Shown one piece after another: positions 20,301 through 30,232 of a DNA stretch of 58,120 nt. A program made the position numbers and the translations under genes. The notes below the pieces were generated by a model. That model did not search any database. It saw nothing but the letters and a program-made list of their open reading frames with translations, and was not told the origin of the DNA. The stretch comes from an uncultured Pseudomonadota bacterium (lineage in GTDB: Bacteria > Pseudomonadota > Alphaproteobacteria > Rs-D84). The stretch covers positions 1 through 58,120 of the forward strand of contig CADBBQ010000008.1 of assembly GCA_902793005.1 (NCBI GenBank), in the 5' to 3' direction. Within the stretch, counting starts at the first letter, position 1, and the number at the start of each line of letters is the position of its first letter.

Positions 20301-20807
20301 ATGAAAAACACAATGTTTTTTGTGGGGGTTATGTGTATGGCTTTGGCTACGGGTGTGGCAAATGCGGCAAATGGCTTTCCAGATGATGCGGCGGCGGATA
20401 CATATCCAAAATATATTGCGGATGCCCAAACAACCGAAGGTGGAACGCAATATGCGGCCGAGGCTGTGCGTGACAAGGGTATTAAACTGGCCACGACAAA
20501 ATATGTTAATAAACACGCCGATGTGGCAAATCGTGATGTTCAGCAGTTAAGCAATACCGCGAATACGGATAATACAACCGTAACCACCAATGCGAATAAT
20601 ATTACCACATTAACCAGTAATCGCCAGGTTATTACCAACAACGAAAACGAATGCCAGGGATTGGATACAAATGTGTACAGTGGTTGTGGTTATATTGCGG
20701 CCGATGGTACTAACGCCAATGCAACAACCGCCGCCAGCGATAAAACCAAATTCCAATGGGTTAAGATTATTGCGACGCCTGAAGCGGGTCAGGCAACCGG
20801 CGCATAG
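20301..20807 (+). CDS. Small secreted protein carrying only the IKLATTKY coiled-coil/Cys module
   Basis: Signal peptide; IKLATTKY...ITTLTSNRQ...C...C...W parallels the module in 1-1982 and 25256-26575. Confidence 0.7.
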   Translation: MKNTMFFVGVMCMALATGVANAANGFPDDAAADTYPKYIADAQTTEGGTQYAAEAVRDKGIKLATTKYVNKHADVANRDVQQLSNTANTDNTTVTTNANNITTLTSNRQVITNNENECQGLDTNVYSGCGYIAADGTNANATTAASDKTKFQWVKIIATPEAGQATGA

Positions 20808-20868
20808 TGATTTATTTCAGTTTTTTGTGTGTGGGACGGGGTTGTTCTTTTCCGCAACCCCGTATTTT

Positions 20869-21816
20869 TTATATTTTATTATTACTGTGAAAAATGGTGC
20901 GGATTAAGAATATGCACATATCGCAAACCGCGTCGCGTGCCGGGGCCAGATATTCCCGCGGATTGAAAATGCCTGGTTCGGTTGCCAATGTTTTACGAAC
21001 GGCGGCCGTAAAGCCCAGGCGCAAATCGCTGTCGATATTTATTTTGCAAATGTTTGTTTTTGTTGCCGCGAATTCCAGTTGTTCGATATCGATACCCATT
21101 GTGTTTTGCATTTTTCCGCCGTATTTATTTATTTCGGCAACCAAGTTTTCCGGGATGCTGGATGCGCCGTGCAAAACCAGTGGCGTTGTTGGAATTTTGT
21201 TTTGAATATCGTCCAGTATATCAAATCGTAATTTTTCATCTGCCGATTTTCGTTTGTATGCCCCGTGGGATGTGCCAATTGCAACCGCCAAAGAATCCAC
21301 CCCGGTTGCATCAACAAATTGTTTGGCGACATTCGGGTCGGTGTATGCCGATTCGTTGGAAAATGTCGTTTCATCCTCGATACCGGATAATATTCCCAAT
21401 TCAGCCTCGACCGATGCGTCGCGTGCGTGTGCGTATCGCACAATGTTTGCGGTGGCGGTTATGTTTTCGTCGATGTCGCGTTTACTGAAATCCAGCATCA
21501 CACTGGAAAAACCGATGTTTATTGCGTGCATACACGATTCAATTGATGAACCGTGGTCCAAGTGCAGGGCGATTTGTTCGTCGGGCTTTATTTTTAATCC
21601 GTCGATTATGCCCATTAACATATCGTCACCCATATATTTTAATGCCGATTCGGAAATTGCGATGATGACAGGACTGTGTGTTAAGCGTGCCGCCGACACG
21701 ATTGCCGTCAATGTTTCCATATTGTATGCGTTAAATGCGGGTGTCGCAAAGTGCCGCCGCATCGCGTTTTCAAATGTTTGTTTCGTGGCGCACAGGCCGA
21801 ATTTCTGGTATTGCAT
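20869..21816 (-). CDS. fba: Class II fructose-bisphosphate aldolase
   Basis: LHLDHG, VEAELG, AIGTSHGAYK, LVLHGAS, KINIDSD. Confidence 0.93.
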   Translation of the reverse strand: MQYQKFGLCATKQTFENAMRRHFATPAFNAYNMETLTAIVSAARLTHSPVIIAISESALKYMGDDMLMGIIDGLKIKPDEQIALHLDHGSSIESCMHAINIGFSSVMLDFSKRDIDENITATANIVRYAHARDASVEAELGILSGIEDETTFSNESAYTDPNVAKQFVDATGVDSLAVAIGTSHGAYKRKSADEKLRFDILDDIQNKIPTTPLVLHGASSIPENLVAEINKYGGKMQNTMGIDIEQLEFAATKTNICKINIDSDLRLGFTAAVRKTLATEPGIFNPREYLAPARDAVCDMCIFLIRTIFHSNNKI

Positions 21817-21972
21817 AGGGTTTTCTCTCTTTTCGTGGATTATAGCAATATTTGATTGTTTTGTGCCAGAATTTTTTTGACGTGTTTACTTGACTATCCG
21901 ATTTTTTGTGTCATAATTAAAGGGAAATGGATGGAAAATTCATCCGAAAAACAATTATAAAAAGGAAAAAAT

Positions 21973-22386
21973 ATGAAAAAAATTTTGGCTTTGGTGGCAT
22001 TGGTCGCGTTGGCTGGTTGCTCGGATTATTATGATTATTACAAGGGTGGCGTTCGCTATACCCAAGATGGTGCGGATTGCATCTATTATTCTGGTGAAAA
22101 TGCGCGTCATTATTCCCGTGATGTGAATTCTGCGGATTTGGATAAAAAGATTGTTTACCGCAATACACAATGCGCGGATTTGTATGCCCGTGATATGGCG
22201 GGTCAAGAAGCACGCCAAGAACGTCGCGTTTTGACACCGGCGGCCGAATATATCGAAGAACCTGCGATTATTGAACAACCACGTCAAATTGTTGTGAAAC
22301 CTGCGCCGGTTGTTAAAAAATCTTGCGGTTGCAACAAATGTGCAAAACGTGCATCTAAACAATATGTGATTGTTTCTGGTATGTAA
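21973..22386 (+). CDS. Lipoprotein, hypothetical
   Basis: Lipobox LAGC after a signal peptide. Confidence 0.8.
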   Translation: MKKILALVALVALAGCSDYYDYYKGGVRYTQDGADCIYYSGENARHYSRDVNSADLDKKIVYRNTQCADLYARDMAGQEARQERRVLTPAAEYIEEPAIIEQPRQIVVKPAPVVKKSCGCNKCAKRASKQYVIVSGM

Positions 22387-22524
22387 TGTGTGATTTTGTA
22401 TTTATAAAGCCGTTCCGTATTTTGGAACGGTTTTTTTGTTTGAAAATTATATTTTTGTTTGAAAGATTGCGGTTTTTGTGATAAAATTATGGTATAAAAG
22501 TCAAAAAGTCTAAGGAGTTTTATA

Positions 22525-22878
22525 ATGAAAAATTATGCAAAAGTTTTGGTTTTCGCCGCAATCGTGGCATTGGTTGTTGTTCCGGCCCAGGCCGCCAGCC
22601 CAATGTGTGAATTGATTGGTAAAATGCAGGGTGTGTTTAAAATCTTGCGTATTTTGGCGTTCGTTGGTGCCGGGTTTTATATGGCCGGTTGGGCGTGGGA
22701 TTATATTTCCAAGGGCGAGGCCAAATTGGACGATGTTAAAAAGAAAGGTATTGGAATGCTGGTTGGATTTACATTGTTGTTCGCAATCGGTGTTGTGTTG
22801 TCGTTCTTGTTAAGTGCGGCGCAACCGGGCGGAACATTGGATTGTCCGGAAATCACAACCGGATGGAACGCCAAATAG
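22525..22878 (+). CDS. TrbC/VirB2-like pilin-type membrane protein
   Basis: Signal peptide ending AQA followed by two hydrophobic helices separated by a short basic loop. Confidence 0.55.
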   Translation: MKNYAKVLVFAAIVALVVVPAQAASPMCELIGKMQGVFKILRILAFVGAGFYMAGWAWDYISKGEAKLDDVKKKGIGMLVGFTLLFAIGVVLSFLLSAAQPGGTLDCPEITTGWNAK

Positions 22879-22964
22879 GTTTGGTTTTCGTAAAATATTT
22901 TCGGGCGACATTTGTTGCCCGATTTTTTTATAAATAAAATGGCGCCAGGGATGCGCCGAATTTT

Positions 22965-23198
22965 TTATAGGTTTGATTTGTTTTCTTCGATATTTGCCAA
23001 TGAATACAGGACGGACGAAATTAATGATTGATATGGAACGTGTTGTTGATTGGCCAATTCTTTGATTCGGTCCAAAATTGCGTGCGGAATACGCATATTG
23101 ATAACGCAATCGGATTTGTTAAATGTACGATAGGCCGCGTATTCTTTTAACAGCGCCTCGATATTCATAATGAATAATTGCTGCATAACATTTGGCAT
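22965..23198 (-). CDS. Ribbon-helix-helix (CopG/BrnA-like) DNA-binding protein
   Basis: INMRIPHAILDRIKELA...PYQSLISSVL; SD GAGGGGT upstream. Confidence 0.8.
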   Translation of the reverse strand: MPNVMQQLFIMNIEALLKEYAAYRTFNKSDCVINMRIPHAILDRIKELANQQHVPYQSLISSVLYSLANIEENKSNL

Positions 23199-23211
23199 AT
23201 GGACACCCCTC

Positions 23212-23343
23212 TATACTTTGTTATACACATTGCTCAACACAAGTGTCTTTACGGTTGACTATAACATTGTATTTACAATTGTCAATACATTTGTAAACGC
23301 GGCTGTAATCACGGCTGTCAACGCGTTTGTAGTGATGTTTGTG
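23212..23343. promoter_or_regulatory. 12-bp-period array of ACAnnTGT-like boxes overlapping a minus-strand TTGACA-N16-TATAGT promoter
   Basis: About 11 units in register; -35 at 23280-23285 and -10 at 23258-23263. Confidence 0.65.
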
Positions 23344-23457
23344 GGGACGGGTGTATTGGTTAAATAAATTTGATTTTTGTGTTTTTTGCATCTAAGATTG
23401 TCTTGCAATTATTGGTGTTTTTTTGCGCCATAATTTTTAGAAAGAAAGGATTTATTT

Positions 23458-24780
23458 ATGTTCAAAAAAATATTTTGCGGAATTATTTTATTGGTGGCGG
23501 CGTTTGTTGTGCCGGCGCGTGCGGAATTGCGTGTTGATATTGTTGCCGGGGATGTTGCGCCAAAATCAATCGCACTGCAAAATGTCGAGGTGGCCAAAGG
23601 CGTCGCGAAATCTGATGCGGAAATGGTGCGTTCGGTTGTTGAAAACGATTTGAAATCGACGGGACTGTTTCGGATGATAAATCGGGATGCCTATCCCCAG
23701 TTTGTAAAATTTAATGATATGCCGGACTTTAATTTATGGCACGCCATCAAAGCGGATATTTTGGTGCAATCTAAAATGACCAAGCAAAAAAATAATATGT
23801 ATAAATTGGAATTCTATGTTTGGGATTTGGTATCCAAAGAACAGATAGAGGCGCAAAGTTTAATGGCGTCAAAAAAGTCTATTCGGCGTATGGCGCATTT
23901 GATGGCCGATGCGATTTATGAAAGATTAACGGGCGAGGTTGGGTATTTCGATACGCAAATTGTCTTTATTGCCGAAACGGGGGATGTGTCCAATCGGACA
24001 AAGCGTATGGCAATTATGGACCAAGACGGTTTCGGTATGCGGTATTTGTCTGATAAGAATACTTTTGTGATGTCGCCACGGTTTTCGCCAAATATGCGCA
24101 CAATCATATTTTTGTCTTATCGTGATGATACGCCGATGATTTGGACTTTGGATTTGGATACCGGTGCGCAGCGCAGATTGGGCGAATTTGGTGGAATGAA
24201 TTTTGCGCCACGGTTTTCACCGGATGGCAAACGCGTTGCGATGTCTTTGGTGCGTGGGGGCGATACGCATATATTTGAATACAATATTGAAACGGGTGAA
24301 TTGCGTCAATTGACATTTGGACATTCGTTAAATACATCGCCGTCTTATTCGCCGGACGGCACACAAATCGCATTTAATTCGGACAAGTCTGGTTCGCAAC
24401 AAATTCACGTTATGGATTTGGCAACCGGTGCCGAAGAACGCATTACATTTGGGGCGGGGCGGTATGCAACACCGGCGTGGTCGCCCGACGGACAATTTAT
24501 TGCGTTTACTAAAATTGCAGACGACACATTTTATATCGGCATAATGGGGCCGGATGGCAAACGCGAAAAAATATTGGCCGGCGGATGGTATATGGAGGCC
24601 CCATCCTGGGCACCGGGCTCGCGCCGTTTGGTGTATTATGAAACCGAAAAATCCGACGACAGTTTGGACCGGGTCAGCCACCTGCGCAGTGTTGATATCA
24701 CGGGACAAAATATTTACGACATCGAATTGCCCGATGGTGTTAATGGTGTTGAACCAACCTGGTCGCCGAAATTACAATAA
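23458..24780 (+). CDS. tolB: Tol-Pal beta-propeller TolB
   Basis: AHLMADAIYERLTGEVGYFDTQI, MDQDG, PD40 P-x-[FW]SPDG repeats. Confidence 0.95.
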   Translation: MFKKIFCGIILLVAAFVVPARAELRVDIVAGDVAPKSIALQNVEVAKGVAKSDAEMVRSVVENDLKSTGLFRMINRDAYPQFVKFNDMPDFNLWHAIKADILVQSKMTKQKNNMYKLEFYVWDLVSKEQIEAQSLMASKKSIRRMAHLMADAIYERLTGEVGYFDTQIVFIAETGDVSNRTKRMAIMDQDGFGMRYLSDKNTFVMSPRFSPNMRTIIFLSYRDDTPMIWTLDLDTGAQRRLGEFGGMNFAPRFSPDGKRVAMSLVRGGDTHIFEYNIETGELRQLTFGHSLNTSPSYSPDGTQIAFNSDKSGSQQIHVMDLATGAEERITFGAGRYATPAWSPDGQFIAFTKIADDTFYIGIMGPDGKREKILAGGWYMEAPSWAPGSRRLVYYETEKSDDSLDRVSHLRSVDITGQNIYDIELPDGVNGVEPTWSPKLQ

Positions 24781-25196
24781 TGATGTTTAGACGGATTGGA
24801 ATTTTTATATGTCTGATGTGTGTTGTGTCACACGCGTATGCTGTGCCGGCGGTGGTGAAATATATTGTTGACGGCGATACTTTTTCGGCCGGCGTAAAAT
24901 TAGAAGATGAAACAATGGTTTCTGTGCGGGTGCGAATTCGCAATGTTGACACGCCCGAATTGCACGGCGAATGTGTTGATGAAATTGTTGCGGCCAATGT
25001 TGCAAAAAATCGTTTGGCGGAAATGTTGCCGGTTGGCACCGTTGTTGAATTAGGTAATATCAAGGATGATAAATACCTAGGGCGAATTGATGCAACGGTG
25101 CGTGATTCCCGTGGGCGTGATGTTGGGCGTGTTTTAATCCGTGAAAAATTGGGACGGGCATATAGTGGCGGAAAACGAAAAAGTTGGTGTAAATAA
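24780..25196 (+). CDS. Secreted thermonuclease (SNase-like)
   Basis: Signal peptide, VDGDT, VRIRNVDTPE, DKYLGR. Confidence 0.85.
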   Translation: MMFRRIGIFICLMCVVSHAYAVPAVVKYIVDGDTFSAGVKLEDETMVSVRVRIRNVDTPELHGECVDEIVAANVAKNRLAEMLPVGTVVELGNIKDDKYLGRIDATVRDSRGRDVGRVLIREKLGRAYSGGKRKSWCK

Positions 25197-25255
25197 AAAT
25201 GCCCGTTTGGGCATTTTTATTTTCAGAGTACAAATGATGAATAAATTGATTTGGT

Positions 25256-26575
25256 TTAATTAAACACGGGTTGTCCACCGATAAATTCGCCTGTGCCAGC
25301 GTTTTCGTAAAATTGTCCGCGCACTAAATCATACATTCCAACCACACCACTTGCATTTTTCGCCGGGATAAGATTTCGAACCAAATTGTTATTATCATCG
25401 TATACTTTAAAACCATATGCATAACCTTTGAATGGATAATTAAAAGAATTACTATGATGTTCTCCATTTATCATGTTGAAAAGTCTTGGTGCAACACCAG
25501 TTGTTCCAGAAAATCCGGTAGTATCACTAAAATCTACAATTTCTGTTTCATTACGATACACCTTTTTATTTATTCCATCGTAATATAGTGTATATATTGT
25601 GCTGGTGTCGTATGACAAGGTAAATGTGTTACTGTTACCACTGTATGCATAATTCCCTCTATCCGCACTTCCTTCCATAAAACCATACGAATAACCATTT
25701 CCTCCATCATATACCGCAAATAATGTTTGATAACCGGTTGATACAGTATGTTTGTATTTAATTTCAAATGAATATTTTTGATTAGGTTTTATTATATTGT
25801 CAATCCATTGTGTGCCGGTGGATTCGATGTATTCTAATTCGGTATAGCCGTCGGGCAAACGGCCGGTCACAATTTCATACCAATGTGGAACACCGCTGGC
25901 GTCTTCGACGAGTAAGCACTTTTTGCCGGCGGGGCAATTTTCGGCGTTATTTGCGTCCGACGGATCGTCGGCTGGGCGGGTTTGTTTTTGCGCCTGCAAA
26001 GTCGCGATGCTTGCCGCCTGGGTAATCGTGTTCGACACCACCGAATCCACCACGCTAATCGCATTCGCCAGCGCCGTATTCAACGGACTAAACGCAGTTT
26101 CGTTGTATTTGGTTGTTGCAATTTTGATTTTATCGACACAATCCATATTATAAATTTTAAATGATTCCGCCCACGCTTGTTGCTGTGATGCACTAAGATT
26201 ACCGAATGTATTAAACCGTAAATATGCAACGCCATCTGGTACGGTAAACACCGCACCTTTTCGCCAAGCCATATAATTGTCTGAAAAAGGACTCGAAACA
26301 CCATTCGGTGCATACGCCTCAGAAGTCCAAGACCCCACTTGGTTTCCCTGGGTATTATATCCGTATAAATTCATAGCATTGGGCACAGATGTTGTCCACA
26401 AAGCCACATATCGTTCACCAGGTGATACATAAAAATCATTTGCGTTTTCGGCCTTGTTGCCATTATTAACAGATATATATTCTCCATCAAATAAATTTTG
26501 ACAATTACTGTAATCTGCGCCCCACACAGGCAATGCCCACAACAGCCCCAGTACGAGGCTTAATATTTTTTTCAT
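25256..26575 (-). CDS. Secreted modular surface protein, paralog of 1-1982
   Basis: Signal peptide MKKILSLVLGLLWALPVWG; shared IKIATTKY and YTELEYIESTGTQWID modules. Confidence 0.85.
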   Translation of the reverse strand: MKKILSLVLGLLWALPVWGADYSNCQNLFDGEYISVNNGNKAENANDFYVSPGERYVALWTTSVPNAMNLYGYNTQGNQVGSWTSEAYAPNGVSSPFSDNYMAWRKGAVFTVPDGVAYLRFNTFGNLSASQQQAWAESFKIYNMDCVDKIKIATTKYNETAFSPLNTALANAISVVDSVVSNTITQAASIATLQAQKQTRPADDPSDANNAENCPAGKKCLLVEDASGVPHWYEIVTGRLPDGYTELEYIESTGTQWIDNIIKPNQKYSFEIKYKHTVSTGYQTLFAVYDGGNGYSYGFMEGSADRGNYAYSGNSNTFTLSYDTSTIYTLYYDGINKKVYRNETEIVDFSDTTGFSGTTGVAPRLFNMINGEHHSNSFNYPFKGYAYGFKVYDDNNNLVRNLIPAKNASGVVGMYDLVRGQFYENAGTGEFIGGQPVFN

Positions 26576-26645
26576 TTTTCCCGTCCTTTCTTTTTTTGTT
26601 TTTGGTTTTTTTGTTCGTTTCGGGACAAAAAGCCTGATTTTTATT

Positions 26646-26908
26646 TGGGAGTTGGATTCGGAGCTCATACATTACTGTATGCAGCACCCCATACCGTCAG
26701 TATAAATGGTTGGGGAATTTATCATTTGGAATTAAAAATTTACATCTATGAATCATCGAAAGAACGATGATAAATAAATGTCGGTGCAAAAAATGAATTG
26801 TTAAACACATATCGGCCCGAATCGAATCGGGTGATGATGGGAATAACGATGCAGGTCTTGCACCGGCCGTACTTGGGCTTTTGAAGTGCCCTCGAATCCA
26901 AATTCCCA
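26646..26908. ncRNA. Candidate structured RNA or leader (~260 nt)
   Basis: Closing stem tgggagttggattcgg/tcgaatccaaattccca enclosing at least six local hairpins. Confidence 0.45.
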
Positions 26909-26983
26909 TTGAATTCAAAATTTAGTATAGAAAAAATTTTATTGTATGCGCAATATTTTTTTGCACAACGGTGTTGTGCAGTT

Positions 26984-27219
26984 TTCAGAGTACAGAGTAC
27001 AAAGTTCAAAGTTCAGTTGTGGCATAATTATTATTCCGGACATTCCCCTTCTTTTTGTGCTGGCGCACAGAAAAGACGGGGAATGTCCGGGCAGTTCAAA
27101 TTACCCCGTCTGACTCGCGTTGCTCGTCATCCACCCCTTCTTTGTGAAAGAAGGAGACGGTACGAGAACAAATTATCCTGCAACAACTGAACTCTGAACT
27201 CTGAAAACTGAACTCTGAA
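26984..27219. repeat. Composite element: inverted heptamer arrays flanking a long hairpin (27036-27090) and a family B palindrome (27103-27161)
   Basis: ttcagagtacagagtacaaagttcaaagttcagttg ... caactgaactctgaactctgaaaactgaactctgaa. Confidence 0.7.
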
Positions 27220-27243
27220 AAAAAACCGGGCGATGCCCGGGTT

Positions 27244-27951
27244 TTATGCGCTGTGGCGGTTGATGGCGTCGGCAATTTCGGTTAAATCCGCTGTCGATGG
27301 TAGCAAGTTTTCAAAATATACATTTGCAACGCCGGGGCGCATCCGGCCGCGTTTTGGCCAATACAGGCCCGTATCCGTGCCAACCGGTAAAATTGGTAAT
27401 TTTAATTCGTGTGCTAAATACATTAATCCACGACGTAATGTCGGACGCGCGCCGGGTTTGACCCGGGTGCCCTCGGGGAAAATAATCAATGTTTCGCCGT
27501 TCATAATTTTTTGTGCCACTCGGTCGGTTAGTTTGCGCATATTTGTGCGGCCGCGCTGGCGATTTACGGGTTGCAATCCGATGCGCAAAAATATCCATCC
27601 GTAAAATGGTATCCACATTAATTCTTGTTTCATTATAAAAAATGCGTTTGGGACATTTATGTATAATATTGCAATTTCCAATATTGACATATGTTTTGCA
27701 GCAATTATCGCCTTGCCGTCGGTACGCGTGTTTGTGTTTGGTTTTGTTGGAATGCCGTTTTCTTCCGTTACAGGATAATGTATTTGATATGTTATGCCGG
27801 CAATTTTACGCGCCAAAAACAATACGCCCAGTGTTTCCGCGCGCACAATGATTTTGGCCAGTCGTCGCGACAACAGTCCGATTAATAAAATCGGTGTCCA
27901 TAATATAAAATAAATTGCTAATGTGGTTTTGAAAATAATTGTCCTGAACAT
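27244..27951 (-). CDS. plsC: 1-acyl-sn-glycerol-3-phosphate acyltransferase
   Basis: KHMSILE and FPEGTR motifs. Confidence 0.88.
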   Translation of the reverse strand: MFRTIIFKTTLAIYFILWTPILLIGLLSRRLAKIIVRAETLGVLFLARKIAGITYQIHYPVTEENGIPTKPNTNTRTDGKAIIAAKHMSILEIAILYINVPNAFFIMKQELMWIPFYGWIFLRIGLQPVNRQRGRTNMRKLTDRVAQKIMNGETLIIFPEGTRVKPGARPTLRRGLMYLAHELKLPILPVGTDTGLYWPKRGRMRPGVANVYFENLLPSTADLTEIADAINRHSA

Positions 27952-27957
27952 TTCGGG

Positions 27958-28476
27958 TTATCCTTCCTTGATACCAAATAAAGTTACGATGTATTTTAAA
28001 TATTCCACCGTCCAACGTTCCAATCGGCGGGCCGGTGGCATACCGATTAATGGTGCCGAACACGTCACCAATTCCGTCGTTGGTGTTTCGTGGTGTATTA
28101 AATGAATTGCGCGTTTCATATGTTCTTCGGTGGTGACGATTACAATTCGCGACATATGCTTTTGACGGACGATTTTTTCAATTGCCAATGCATTTTGATA
28201 TGTCGATTTAGAACGCGTTTCCATTATAATATGTCGATTCCCAGATGTGTCAAATCTGTGACCACCAACACCGATGATATAAATCTTGGCAGATGGATAC
28301 ATTTTTGTCTGACTCATTGCATAGGGAACACGACGCGCATCGCCTGTTAAAACAAAAATATTGTCGTTTGGTAATATTGGACCACATCCCATAGGCGATG
28401 TTAATTTGAATATCATTCCGCCCAAGACAAACAAGCCTAGTATTAAAAATGGTGGTGTGATTATTTTCATTTGCAA
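27958..28476 (-). CDS. YdcF/DUF218 family protein
   Basis: VLTG, STYQNA, VTxxxHMKRA, EYLKY. Confidence 0.85.
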   Translation of the reverse strand: MQMKIITPPFLILGLFVLGGMIFKLTSPMGCGPILPNDNIFVLTGDARRVPYAMSQTKMYPSAKIYIIGVGGHRFDTSGNRHIIMETRSKSTYQNALAIEKIVRQKHMSRIVIVTTEEHMKRAIHLIHHETPTTELVTCSAPLIGMPPARRLERWTVEYLKYIVTLFGIKEG

Positions 28477-28480
28477 AAAT

Positions 28481-29323
28481 TTAACCGTTTTTCAAAATTC
28501 TTTTCGTTGTGTGTTTCGTGATGTGTGTTGCAAACACGGTTATAAATATTGGTAATGCACATAATATTATCCATCCAAATGGATTTAATCCAATCGTCGC
28601 CATTAATCCAACACGTGCCGAATGCGATGCCGCCATTATTAAAAATAAAAATGGTAATGCCGCCAGAAATCCAAAAATCGTCGCGCGTGTGCAAATTCGG
28701 GCAACAATAATCTGCATTTGATGGGCAACAAAAGAATCACTGGCCCCGATTTGATTTAATATTTCCAATTCGCGTTTGTGCAACATTGCCGTGTTATGTG
28801 CGATGTATGTTATGCACGTCGTGATTGAACCCAATGATATTACCAATACCAATGCGCAAATCGCAATTAAATACCAACCCGCACGAATTGGAACGGATAA
28901 TGCATCCTGGTGAGTTAAGAATTTTGCGTATGGTGTAATTTGTGTTTCAAATTTGTGCAAATCGTTTTTGGATGCAAATTCCACCGTCCACATATGTGGT
29001 AAATATTTTTCCAGTGCCGAACCGTTTGATGATATCCACGGTGCCATCAAAGATTTCATTTCAGATTGTGATAATTCGTGCGATGTTTTTATGATGTCTT
29101 TGTTCTGGGTTAATATGTCACGAATTTGCGAAATGTCGTTTGTATCGTTTGTTTGAATTGTGGCGTGATTGCCCCATTGGTTGGTTGTGCGTAATGCGCC
29201 CGTGCCAATCATTAATGCAATGCCCAATGTCAAAACAGATAAAAATGTCAAAACCGACATAATCGCCGTCATAAATGTGCTTTGTTCGCGTATCAAAGAA
29301 AAAACAACAGGTTTGCGTTTCAT
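28481..29323 (-). CDS. ftsX: Cell division permease FtsX
   Basis: Four TM helices, HKRELEILNQIGASDSFV; directly downstream of ftsE. Confidence 0.88.
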   Translation of the reverse strand: MKRKPVVFSLIREQSTFMTAIMSVLTFLSVLTLGIALMIGTGALRTTNQWGNHATIQTNDTNDISQIRDILTQNKDIIKTSHELSQSEMKSLMAPWISSNGSALEKYLPHMWTVEFASKNDLHKFETQITPYAKFLTHQDALSVPIRAGWYLIAICALVLVISLGSITTCITYIAHNTAMLHKRELEILNQIGASDSFVAHQMQIIVARICTRATIFGFLAALPFLFLIMAASHSARVGLMATIGLNPFGWIILCALPIFITVFATHITKHTTKRILKNG

Positions 29324-30108
29324 TATATGTTTCCAATGTCATCAAATTGTTTAGATAATTCGTTGAAATAGTTTTTGGGGGCGGGGCCCTTCCATAATTT
29401 TTTGTTGGATGGTGTGGCCTCGTCCGATTTTGTTAAAAACTTTACGTGATGGTTTTCAATGTGAATTACCGGAAATTTATATGTTTCAATTAATCGCTGA
29501 TTATGGGTGGCCAAAATAATTGTCGTTCCAAACATTTTATTCATTTGAATAAATAAATCCATTAAACGCGATGTGTTGTCGTCGTCCAAGTTCCCCGTCG
29601 GTTCGTCCGCCAATAAAATTGATGGCTGAATAATAATCGCACGTGCAACCGATATGCGTTGTTGTTGACCGCCACTTAATTCCAATGGTTTTGCGTTTGC
29701 ATATTTGCCAAGACCGACCCAGTCCAAAACCTTGGGCACAAGGGTGCGGATTTTTGATTCCGGTATGTCGCGAACACGCAATGGTAATGCGACATTATCA
29801 AATACGGATAAATGCGATAATAACGAATATTCTTGGAATACAATTGCCATTTTTTTGCGCAATTCCGTAATTTCATCGCGCGACATATCGTTGGTTGTTT
29901 TCCCAAATAACTTTATTTGACCGGTTCGCGGTTTGTGCAATTGGTATATTAAACGCAATAATGTTGTTTTGCCCGCGCCAGATGCGCCGGTTAAAAAATA
30001 AATTGCGCCGCCCGTTATATTAAATGATACATCGGTTAAAACATCGGCCCCGTTGTCGTATGACGCCGCAACATTCGTTAATGATATAGATGATGTCTTT
30101 TCTTTCAT
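29323..30108 (-). CDS. ftsE: Cell division ATP-binding protein FtsE
   Basis: GASGAGKT, LSGGQQQR, LLADEPTGNLD. Confidence 0.9.
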   Translation of the reverse strand: MKEKTSSISLTNVAASYDNGADVLTDVSFNITGGAIYFLTGASGAGKTTLLRLIYQLHKPRTGQIKLFGKTTNDMSRDEITELRKKMAIVFQEYSLLSHLSVFDNVALPLRVRDIPESKIRTLVPKVLDWVGLGKYANAKPLELSGGQQQRISVARAIIIQPSILLADEPTGNLDDDNTSRLMDLFIQMNKMFGTTIILATHNQRLIETYKFPVIHIENHHVKFLTKSDEATPSNKKLWKGPAPKNYFNELSKQFDDIGNI

Positions 30109-30232
30109 AATACGATATGTTAGAAAAAAATAACAGATTGGTCAAATATTAAAATATTTTGGAAAATTGTGTTTTTATGGGTTGGAAAAAGATTCAAAAT
30201 GTGATAAAATTATATCCAAGATATGGTATGAA

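Noticed and set aside
23170-23367. 65-aa ORF with 4-residue periodicity
   Set aside because: Explained by the 12-bp DNA array; it overlaps the promoter of the RHH gene and has no clear RBS.
26646-26908. RNase P RNA, cobalamin riboswitch or ydaO riboswitch
   Set aside because: Only fragments (aagacctgc, ccgtcag) resemble them; the core consensus, such as GAGGAAAGTCC, is absent.
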